Positions 35,291 to 45,221 of a stretch of DNA of 45,221 bases are shown here, piece after piece (positions within the stretch are counted from its first letter, which is position 1; every line of letters begins with the position of its first letter). The notes beneath the pieces are model-generated. The model worked only from the letters and a program-made list of their open reading frames with translations, had not been told where the DNA came from and searched no databases. Both the position numbers and the translations under genes were made by a program. The stretch comes from Perkinsus chesapeaki ATCC PRA-425 (Eukaryota > Protista > Perkinsozoa): the NCBI GenBank assembly GCA_013115145.1, contig JAAPAO010000264.1, positions 1-45,221 on the forward strand, read 5' to 3'.

Positions 35291-36559
35291 GAGCTCGCTG
35301 TTGGCGACACCTTATCAGTGTTCTGTCATCACTAACGCACTGCCAAACGAAAAACGCCAAAGTCCTCAGAAAACTCGTATTATTCATCATGTGTTGTCAT
35401 CGCCGGCCAAAGCTACACGAGCAATCAAAAGGGAATCTTCATCTGTAGCAAATGGGGGCTCGAATGAGGTCGATGCACTCTCGATCTTATCCGTCACTTG
35501 GGAGATGCGTTCCTGAAGAGGGTGCTGCACACCATTGACGCATTACAACACCCCCTTGTCGGAAAGTAGTAGGAAAGACCATATTACTCCGATAAGGCGC
35601 ATTTTTCCTTTATTTCGCGTCAGTCTCGAGACATAAGTCATTCCTACTCCGACCCCCTCCACGCATGTGAAGAATCTATCGATTTATCACGAGTGCCAGC
35701 GACTTACAATCTGAGAATCGAGGACCCTGTTCTCCCTGTTATACGCGACAGTCTCGCAAAGATTCTTAGCTTTTGTATGGTTATTCGTTGATAAAACACT
35801 CAAAGTTGTTACTACCGAAGTTCCGAAACTCCCTTTACTTTCACCCTGGGCCTCACGTGTGGCATTATCTATCATCCTTATTATATACAAGCTTACACTA
35901 CACCGTTTGCGAAGGGTGCGACGAGAGGCAGTCGAGTAACTTACTGACTTCTCTTGTCTGTATTGCTCCAAAGCATTCCTCGCCTCAGCCAGGGAATTCT
36001 GTAACCCAGTCGAATGCCACTCGGCATAGTCCCACGGTGGGCCTGAGAACTTGTGATACAGACAATGAGAGCAGCAGGTAAAATGCGAAAATTATCAAGT
36101 ATAAACTAATATGTTTGCAGGATATGGTTACAAGACAGCCCACGAATGTCTCGGCCTCAAACTCGTCACTGTTAAGGACTATTTCAGTTTAAAACTCTCC
36201 AGATGGCGCACTGTATAATCCAGCGGATTCCGTGATCAAGTGTCTCGAGAAAATCACCGAGGGATCTTCTCAAAGCTTTTCGCAGAGATATAGGCCGGGA
36301 TGCTTCACGTACTCCACGGAGATCCGATTTACTATACGGTATAGTATTGACTACCGGGGTGAGACCGGTTAAGTTCACGTTCACATCGATATTGTAAAAT
36401 CTCACCATCCAGATGAAGGCGAAGCTTGAGGCTGTCTTTCCACACGAAGACGTTTGCTTTAATAACTCCCAAACTGCCACCGTCAACTTGAGCTTCTGCC
36501 ACCCGGTACCTGAGTCATAGCTCATCCTACCGAGCCAGCGTTCTTAGGAGAAAATCATA

Positions 36560-37746
36560 ATCCTCTGTCGTGTGACACCACACCAATGGTCTCGGAAAAA
36601 GATCCGTCTCATTTCTGAAGCTTCAAAATACATTTTTTCAGGTTTTCGGATCACACTCATGATTCTCACTGAATTCGACGAATACTGTGTTAGTTGTAGT
36701 AGTTCGCCAAGAGCTCACTCATGTCCTTCGTATTCCAGAAGAAGTTCCAGATCTTCCGTGCTGAGATCTGCCAACAACTGTCCTGCGATGGGATCCCCCA
36801 CCGGATATTCGATCAGTGCTGGATACTTGGCGTCGATAACTCGGAATCTGAGTGATGATGATAAATTCCAAGTCAATAAGGTAATGTGTGCGAGTGTATA
36901 GTCCAAATCCCAATATGGTCTCTCAGGTGGTTCAATACTGTCACGCTGCCGTACGATGCATGGTGGACAACTCGCTGTGATGAACACAACGTTCTGTTGA
37001 ATGCTGAGTGATGATGATAAATTCCACACATACCACTTATGGGATCTCCATCTCAATAAGTGGTGTGTGTGAGTTTACAGTCCACTGCTGTCCAATATGG
37101 CCTAGATTATCCATTCTATGTGCAACTTAAACCGAGGGGGGTTAAGTACTTATACCGTCTCACTGGTATACTAGGTCGTGGGCGGCACACTGTAATAAAA
37201 CAAAGTTGCGACCAATCCTTGCCACCGCCCGAAAGTGATAGTTCAGCGGCGCTCGAAAGAGTATTCGAGAATCATATCGTTTGCGGGGCAGCTCGATAAG
37301 TGTGGGAGATCTTTTAACGCTTATTAGGCAACGGAACTCAAACTTCCTGAGTGAGCTCCAGTGCAGGTCCACGTCAACTTCAATGTGTACCTCCTGTAGC
37401 CTGCGCTCGCAGGAATCACTGCGGATCGACTGGGAACCTCATGACCGAGTAGTGCAGATCGAAGCTGATGAAAGAGGGCAAGTGAAATGAAGGCATCGGA
37501 AGCATATCGTTACGGTACCTCTGTTGACATGAGAGTCCCATATGTGAACACATTGTTGCTGCTACCGATGGTCATGGGAGAAAAAAATACTTTTATGCAG
37601 CCAACTTATATGGGAATCCCATAATGGAAGCAAACAGTGAAGTTTGATCAGGATTTCAGCCTACTCAGGCTCAGTTACTCAGCTCGAAACGGTCGACTCG
37701 AACGACTCGGGCCGAGTCGGGTCACCCGGCACTGAGTCGAACACTA
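36560..37746 (+). mobile_element. Degenerate hAT-like transposon 3' part with terminal repeat region
   Basis: Frameshifted KLRPILATARK / SSAALERVF / RGSSISVGDLLTLIRQRN resembles the hAT C-terminal dimerisation motif (SA..ER.FS). Subterminal GACTCG/CGAGTC repeats at 37690-37740 end in GTCGAACACTA, which reads TAGTGTT on the other strand. Confidence 0.4.
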
Positions 37747-38015
37747 TCGAGACATGAAACCTATGTCTACTGAAGGAGGAGGAACCGTACGAAGGAGATG
37801 GTTACCTGTGACGAGGAACCGTTTGACCAGATTGGAGTGCAGAATGATATTCTGAGAATATGCAGGTGTCTGAGGAATAAACGTTATCATCCCAGCAAAT
37901 GCAGGAAACGTTCGTTAGGGTAGGAAATCCGAGATAACGGCTGTCTGGCAAGTTGCCAGTGGCAACGCGGGGCGATGCTATTAATTCCGAAACCCGTGCA
38001 ATATTGTTAAACAAT

Positions 38016-38028
38016 ATCTTGGCTCAAG
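38016..38028 (+). other. Relict spliced-leader (SL) fragment
   Basis: ATCTTGGCTCAAG equals the last 13 nt of the Perkinsus/dinoflagellate SL (ACCGTAGCCATYTTGGCTCAAG); ATG 21 nt downstream at 38049. Confidence 0.5.
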
Positions 38029-38608
38029 CTTAGTTAACTTTCTAGTCAATGGCAGGTCACTTCGACAACTAGCAAGATATGGACGGTGTCCGTCGTATCT
38101 TGAGAGACGCGAGAAAGGTAAAGGCTTCGTTATTCACCCAAATACCCGTCCCTGAAATTAGTAAATAAATTGATATTAAGTGGGATATACTGGAAAGGTT
38201 TACATGACAGCATGGAGAACGAGTTCAAGATGGTTGATAATTCTACTACACCTTAACAGGAAGAGTTTCCCTGGGAGACAACTCTGGTTCACCCACTCAT
38301 GTCCCACGGTCCGTGGGCGACGGACATTGTCTGTTCCAGTGAGAGATTCGGGCAGAATTCCAGCCGCTGCAACTTGCTTGGGGAACTTCCTGAGTCGCTA
38401 CGAACGCTTTCGACTTAGCCACGGGAGACGTTCCAGAGCAAGACGGCAGGCCTAGACGAGGCATTTTGGAGCCCAGAGTCTTTGGTTAAAGGCCCGAGCC
38501 CACTGGGCGATGCCAAGTGAAGGCACAGTCTGTGCCTTTTCCGTACCAAGCTATCTCTGTTCCGCACAGAGATAGTCTTGAGGGTCGAGAAGTTCTACGA
38601 AGACAGCG

Positions 38609-39720
38609 GTGGTGTCACACAAGCGACAGATACTTCAGCGGAGCAAGCAAGGATACCCTACACGGCAGATTGCTCATCTAATCAGCATGAGTCAGTCTTC
38701 TGTCAGTCGTGTACTCAGGAATACTCCCACCCATTTACCCGATGAAACTGATACTTCATGTGGTCATGATGGGACCCAGGAGAAGAGATTCGAAGGGTCG
38801 GATTAGAGCGATCAGAAGATATTTGAGCCCAAGTCGTCCCGCTCTCCCAACCAATCCGACTCAGCGGGAGCTGAGAATTGCAGAAGAAGCCTCATCTTCC
38901 GGAGAAGGCTCGGAAATCAGATATCTCTCTGATATTGCCGGATGGGTTATGAACAAGAGAATCAGGACCGAGCACGAACTACTCGAGGCCGCTGCTCACG
39001 AAGTGAACGTGAAAAACTTCTTGAGAGACAGCAGAGAGAGTCCGAGTATGATGCTAAGCAAATATGGATATCACGCTGGTGATCAGGAGTTAAATTGAGG
39101 GAGCGAAGACGCGCGTCGACGTACAATAATTTCCACCAGCGGGTCGCGCGTCACATGGAGCTGGAGCGTGTGCGCGCGTACACAGATTGTGTGCCAAGAT
39201 TCTAACTCACGCGTATCGATCACGCTATGCCGTATCTTACGGTGACACACGCACTGCAAGCTAGATACTTTCGGGGGGATGAGCTTGAGTTTTTTCTTCC
39301 CTATCCCTTCCCACCCGGCGCAAGGACCTTATCGATTTTCGGTTTCGGCCCTTTGTAGTGTAGGGAACTCACTTTCCCACACTCGGACCCACGCGCCGTA
39401 GCGGAAGGATTTAATGGAGCTTTCACGTTGCTGCTGGAAGCAAAAGACGGTCATCCCTCAGTAGAATTGCCATTTTGCGTGATGCAGCTCAGAAAGCTGC
39501 ATGCGAGTGCGATGACACAGCTTGTCCGGTCATATCCGTAATCCACCAAAATAACTGTATAGGGAAATCGGAGTTCGCCAAAGCAGTAATACGAATGCTT
39601 CAGCAAGGCAGATCGCGCAATTGTAATATTGGGATCATAGGAAGCTCCGGTTGTGGGGAAAGCTTCCTTCTGGAAAGCCATTGGGAGCATGGGTAGTGGA
39701 AGCTATTCTCTGAAGTTTAG
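38609..39720 (+). mobile_element. Pseudogenised HTH + SF3 (parvovirus NS1/Rep-like) helicase element
   Basis: HTH: ILQRSKQGYPTRQIAHLISMSQSSVSRVLRN. Then YLSDIAGWVMNKRIRTEHELLEAA, and after a gap of about 350 nt SRIAILRDAAQKAACEC..EFAKAVIRMLQQGRSRNCNIGIIGSSGCGESFLL (Walker A with K to E). Frameshifts and stops present. Confidence 0.6.
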
Positions 39721-40372
39721 ACGCCATAGCTACCAAGTCCATGTTAAGAGCGAGCATGTAATCGATTTGCGACCGTAGGCTCTGATCAGCCGTTAACTTT
39801 AAGAGACGTGTTGCTATTGTTATTGAGACGGAGTAGCTACAACAAGCTGCAACACGCCGAAACATGCCCTCATGCTCATCCGATTATTGGACTTTGATAA
39901 CTATTTGTTCAGATCCTTCCATAAGGGATCGCTTACTGCAGTTGTAGGGGGTACGTTCCGACAAATTTTATCCCAGAAACGTACTGCCCTTGCGACGCGA
40001 TTTTGGCGTGCAGGTAATATCTACTATGATAATGCTCCGAGGATCCATCCAAGCTCTCCACCACACCTGCCACACAGATAACTCAAGTCTTTGCAGCAGC
40101 AGGAGATAGAAAAACATGAACCACAGAAGACGGTTTAAAAAATCACTATTTCTGGCAGCCGAGCTTCCCCTCGTACCGACCTGAAGAAAACACGGCTTAC
40201 TCGAGTTGGGCTCCGCGAGACAGACACACTCTGCATGCTTGTTGAGTCTATGACAATATTATGTACTATAATAGGACACTAACACTCTAAGAGACATCAC
40301 CCCCCATACATCGCCGGACCTGGCCGTGCCATTGGCGAATCCGTCCGTATCAACGGGATGTTTTCATCGTCC

Positions 40373-43300
40373 TTACTTCGCGGAGTCCTTTATCGCGAGT
40401 TTGTCATGCCGCTCGCGCTTCTCTGCAACCCACTTCCTTATATGGCTCGCTTCCAGCTCTCGACATGCACGGACGTCACCCGAATCCTGCACCACCAACT
40501 ACACGGTTTTGAAAAGAATCCGGCAAGATGGGAGAGATGGTCGAATGCATTATAACATATTTCATCGAACATCGTAACGAATATTATACAGCGTAGAAGG
40601 TCACTTGTAAGGGCTTTGGAGCGTCGTACATGTCACAGAAATTTTTGCTAAAGTTTCCATAATTTTCCTGAGTAGATTTTTCCGCCTGAAAAAGCTATGC
40701 AAAAGAGCACATTTTCAGGAACACCCTAAAGCAATGAATGTTGATGAACTAGCAGCAGGTCCTGGAGCTGGCGCTCATGTGGAACCCCTGCTCATTAAAG
40801 CAATTGTAGGATTCGGAATCGATCCCAGCATTTCACGTGTAAAAAGGAGTCTGAGTTTCAAAATCACTTTATTGAAGCCTGTACCTCTTCCCTCGAGAAC
40901 ATTAGGTCCGAATGATGAGCTCCTGTGCTCATTATAGGCGACACGACAGAGCTGGGGCATGGCATAATACTGCAGTCTACGCCTTGTGGAACTTCTCCGT
41001 TCCCAACCGAAACTGCAAACAATAGCGGAGCGCTGCGATGGGCACATTTCCTTTGTGGCAAGGAATAATCTACAACTTAAGAACCGCGTAATATATACCA
41101 AACTATAATACTGTATTCCGCTATCGAGGTAGGACTTTGTGTAGCCTAACGTAACCAACAAGATGGATCGATCAGTGGCAGATTTACACCACCTTTAATG
41201 GTAACAGATGGACCTACCTCCCCAAGGGTCGAACTTGCCATTAGAAAACACTACATTGCTCATACTTGCTACAGCATCTGCCATGTTGTTCAGAAACTGT
41301 AGACCTGCCCATGCCTTCACAGAAGTTTTGTACCTGCTCAAGATGACCACAGTAAATCATACACTCCTACTTCTCCATACATTCCTTCTTGTACTCATCA
41401 AAGTCGAACTTCCGTGGCGGCCAAAACATGTCCTTGTCGGTGCCCTAAGCGTCACGGTTACTTCTACAGAAATTGCGCAACACACTTAAACGATTCTCAC
41501 CGAGTCTTGTCCCCAAGGCATCTCCGTGCAGGTCTGGAACCCATAGTCCCCTCTGCAAGATCCTTTAGGGAGAGGCTCTCCACCACCATCAGTGCCACTA
41601 CACGTTGACATCGAGGAGGGACTCCTCCCTATAGACTCACGCAAAGGAGTTGCAGACTAGCTCTCCAGAAGCGTTATAATAAATGGCCAGGGACTTAGCG
41701 AGGGCCTGCAGGCGGGCCTGAACATTTGAAACTGCCATAGTGATTCCCACAACGGTGAAAAATTTCGCACTGCCGCAGGGCAGACGCTTTCTTCGAACTT
41801 TTAACACCTGCAATTCGGAGAGTTTTCAAACTCTCGTGCTCCAATCAAGACAGGTGATTGGAGAGTACTAACAGCAGGGCAAACTCCAGCAGGCCGCCAG
41901 ACGTAAAAAACCTAGTTCTCACCTGATCGGTTGCTAGTGGATCTTCAAAAGCTTTGCATGCCGCCCGTATGGGATTGGCCGGTAGATCTGCCCCTCCTCC
42001 CACATTCATAGCAGCTGTTATATAATTACTGGGGTAAGGGAAGTTACCTATGAAGTGTGTGAAACACCAAGTGGAAGTGTACAGAGAATTCCCTTTCACC
42101 GAGATGCATTCAAATTATCAACTGGACCAGACAGCAGCCATTCGATGGCTCACCCATGGCAAGATATCCCCATGGTGCTGATGCCCAGTCAAGCATGCCG
42201 CTAGCAAGATCGGACGTATGAGTTGTAGTGGCATCCGAGCACCACCTATAGAGTTCGATGGCAGTGATGTAAAGACTCAACTACCCACTTGAGTTCTGTT
42301 CTCAACATTTCCTGCCCTTCCGGTGTTTCTCCGAGCCTCATGATGAGTTTCAAGGTGGCTTTAAACCTATTGAAGAGCACTAGGTAATAAACTACTACTA
42401 ATGGTGAAATACAGTTTCGCTGTCATTCCGGAGGGTCAATTGAAATGTGTTGTTGTTGAAGTTTTACGTCCGACGCCGAAGAACGGCATAGTCATACGTC
42501 CCTCCCCTACTCGCCAGTGTATTGTACAGGTTCGTTGTTTTGTTGTATTCCAGCCCACAGCTACTCCATACAATCCTAACCCTCACTTGAGCTGAGTTTC
42601 GCGAATGTGTCGTAAGTGTGTTCTTTAACTTTTCATTCGACTTCAAATAAGCCACGAGGATCGGCCCAGAAGGTATAATAAACTACATTCTATGTTTCCC
42701 CAGGTATCTCCTACGCATTAGTAACACATCCTCTCCCCCACGGTCTCCGAACAACGTATTGCCACTTGAGAATCTAATGTACCGTAAACGGTCTTATTAT
42801 ATCCAGTAATAGGAAGACTCGCAATTTGGTCATAATACAGATTCCTCGCACTACCCTCTCTGCGAATCAAAAATCGTCCTTATTAGCAAACAGTCCAACG
42901 ACAAGTGCCCGATGAAGGAGCTCTAGACTGCGAGATTCAACACTTTGTCATCCACTTACTCTTTCGCGCATACTTCCCCCGCATCTCGAGTAATTATCTC
43001 GTTAAAAGAAGCCTTGTTGGGTTCAGGCGTAACACCGCCAATGGCAAATATCGGAGCTGAGGCGGCAATGGCACCGTCAACCAAGTGAGGGTATCTGCCC
43101 GAAAATCCTCAAAATTTTTTCTCACTTCAGAACGGTATCGGCAAAGCATGGCATCTCCAAAATGTCGTTTCACTAGTCGTTTTACTATTTACAATGATTT
43201 AAATTACTATTGATACAAGTTCTTTAATCGATTCACAATACCTGATTCTACAAGTAATCTATTTATCTGTGAATAGTAATAGTCTATTTAACATAGTCTA

Positions 43301-44925
43301 ATTATCTATTTGAAATGAACAAAGGATAAACAACCAACTTCACGACTCAAGTTTCGATAATACAGTCTATCGCTCCTGTGTAGTTAAGTCCATATATTTT
43401 CGTTCAGTCCTGATCAAGCAAGATATTCCACATCACACCGAAGTTTCATTAACTCTTGCGGCATTCCTATAAACCCTCCTTTAGACTCTATCGGAGATGA
43501 GAGGGAAAGACAACCGATGTTCTTGCTGCTGCTGCTTACTTGTAGCGGAATGCGCTTGCAAGCATGCCACCATAGCTACCTCCGAAGGCGATGGTAGCAG
43601 TCGATGGTGGTAGAGAGTACTTGGTGAATAGATGAGCGATCAACACCTGTGATGAGTTGATACCTCCGATGGCACTATAGTGCATCATCGAGGCGAAAAG
43701 TAATAAATCATCCCCTTAACATCAGTGAGTTAAAAAATGGATCGACACGAAGGAGTAAGAAAAGTGATTCAATAAAACTGACACAATCTATTAAATGCGC
43801 ATTTGGCGTCACCGGCGTAACTTCTAAACAATACCACATACTCATCTGAAATTTAGTGTAGACATTTTTCCAATCTACTGTGGCATCGTTAAAATTACTT
43901 CACATCTTGAGCTTACTCAAAACGTTTTTTCACTGTTATTTGGACACGTGGCCACTTTCTTTAAATCTTCCAAATGCGGCGGTTAATGTACAGCGTGAGA
44001 ATAGTAACTTGAATCAAAATATCGGTTCGTGAAATGCTCATAATACGATCGAAATTGTTGGTAACATTAAGTGACCCACCGAGTAGTCTGCGAGTGCTTG
44101 TTCAATGGTTAAGTAGCGCAGACAGTCGGTCGTTCCATCTGGATAGACTGAACTTTTGCCGTAGTAACGGTGTTCGGCGAATACCAACATGGCCCCTAAG
44201 TCAGACCTGATAGATGCAGCAGTCAGTTTGAACTTCCAACCAGGGATGGTCTCCGGATCATTCGGTGACGTTGCTATCTTAGCCAATTCGGATTTGACAA
44301 GTCCACCGTGACCCTAGTGGCTTGAGATAGACCTAGGGGGCTCTTCCGACTTTCCGAGGCGCTCTCAGTAGCGACTCTTTCATCCAATCCTAGAAGCACT
44401 CCTCAATTTCCGAAGAGGTAAGCTATTGAACACACTGTACGATTATTAGTATTTTTTCAAGATCCGCATGCCGACCCAGGAATGATTCAGAGTTGTCTTA
44501 CCCGAGCTCCCACATAAGCCCTGTATGGTTAACATATATTTCAACAGGTCCTTCATTTCCGACATAAAAGAACAGCGGTCCACCAGGACGGTAAAAGTCT
44601 GTGTAAGTGAAGTATCTGATCGAGGCCTTTCGGAAAGGTCCATGGAGGAAGACTATTAGTCGTAATAGCAACGGGGCCAGCTATCAAAGTAGGGAAAATG
44701 ATTTATAAGGTTCCATTTTTCATATTGCCTTTTCCAAGGATAACGCAACTATTTGCCTGGGAAATACCTTTGTTTAAATTGGCCAGGGCTTGACTCTCCG
44801 CTGAACGAAAAGTGGTCTCTATCTTGGCTCAGCCATCTCTCCGTACAATTCTCAACTGTTGGCTGCCAACTGAGTGGGGCGGCGTCGAGAAGTTCGAAGA
44901 GTAATACAAGAATATTGAGCATCAT
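40373..44925 (-). CDS. Serine carboxypeptidase S28 family (lysosomal Pro-X carboxypeptidase / DPP7-like), multi-exon
   Basis: Signal peptide MMLNILVLLFELLDA; QDRDHF..FKQRY; LFFYVGNEG; AEHRYYGKS; LTIEQALADY; GGSYGGML (Ser); GAIAASAP; FQTCTEM; SNVVFSNGKFDPW (Asp); GAHHSDL (His); terminal exon DVRACRELEASHIRKWV. Confidence 0.92.
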
Positions 44926-45221
44926 TAATACAACTGGTAAAATATCGAGTGGGTTGCTGAACTTCAGCTTTCAGCGGAGGGGCAATTTGTATTTGATCTC
45001 CTGAAGGTGGATTCTATATAGATATTCACAAGCTTCGTGGACAGTTCACGACTCAGGCCGCCGGGACATGCTTGAGAACTGGGATTTTGCGTTAGGAAAT
45101 AGCAAGGAGAGCAAGATGGCTAATAGTAGTCGATGAAGTTGGTACTACTGTGGCGTGCGAAGGCTCACCGCCGTTCTCGCTCGCCAAGATATCTTTTTGT
45201 GTAGAAGAAACCGCTAGGCTA

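Noticed and set aside
40326-40577. Two plus-strand ORFs (83 aa and 65 aa)
   Set aside because: They are antisense shadows of the terminal exon of the S28 peptidase (DVRACRELEASHIRKWV).
43555-43585. Suspected frameshift at the S28 nucleophile motif
   Set aside because: Re-reading gives an intact GGA GGT AGC TAT GGT GGC ATG CTT (GGSYGGML).
44821-44832. ATCTTGGCTCAG, SL-like word
   Set aside because: Only 11 nt match and it is the antisense of S28 coding sequence (WLSQDR), so it is explained by chance.
1-45221. tRNA, rRNA or full SL RNA genes
   Set aside because: No cloverleaf, rRNA-conserved block or full-length SL followed by a GT donor and Sm site was recognised.

Overview
Eukaryotic genomic DNA, most likely from a Perkinsus-like alveolate. 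This is an inference from the many 30-60 nt GT-AG introns, the intronless subtilase and amino-acid transporter genes, and a 13-nt match to the Perkinsus/dinoflagellate spliced leader. Positions 1-11.3 kb hold a plus-strand block of intron-rich genes: a Cid1/TUTase-like nucleotidyltransferase with degenerate catalytic motifs, a DUF4203-like membrane protein, a PH+RING protein and a low-complexity protein. Positions 11.3-22.7 kb are accessory-type DNA: paralog fragments, an intronless subtilase, a 5'-truncated BEL/Pao LTR element, a WW-domain gene and a hAT-like remnant. Positions 22.7-45.2 kb carry mostly minus-strand genes (amino-acid transporter, SAM methyltransferase, JmjC oxygenase, filamin/PA14-like protein, S28 peptidase) plus hAT-like and SF3-helicase remnants. 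The strongest unexplained signals are (1) a gap-free 30-nt element in five copies, three of which form intron 5' ends (introner-like), (2) further recurrent intron motifs including a 20-bp palindrome and a tandem intron/10-nt-spacer array, (3) a BEL/Pao integrase ending in a Tudor/Agenet-like domain, and (4) a decayed HTH/SF3-helicase Rep-like element. All protein family calls come from motif recognition by eye, and no database search was run. Boundaries of the multi-exon genes are approximate.
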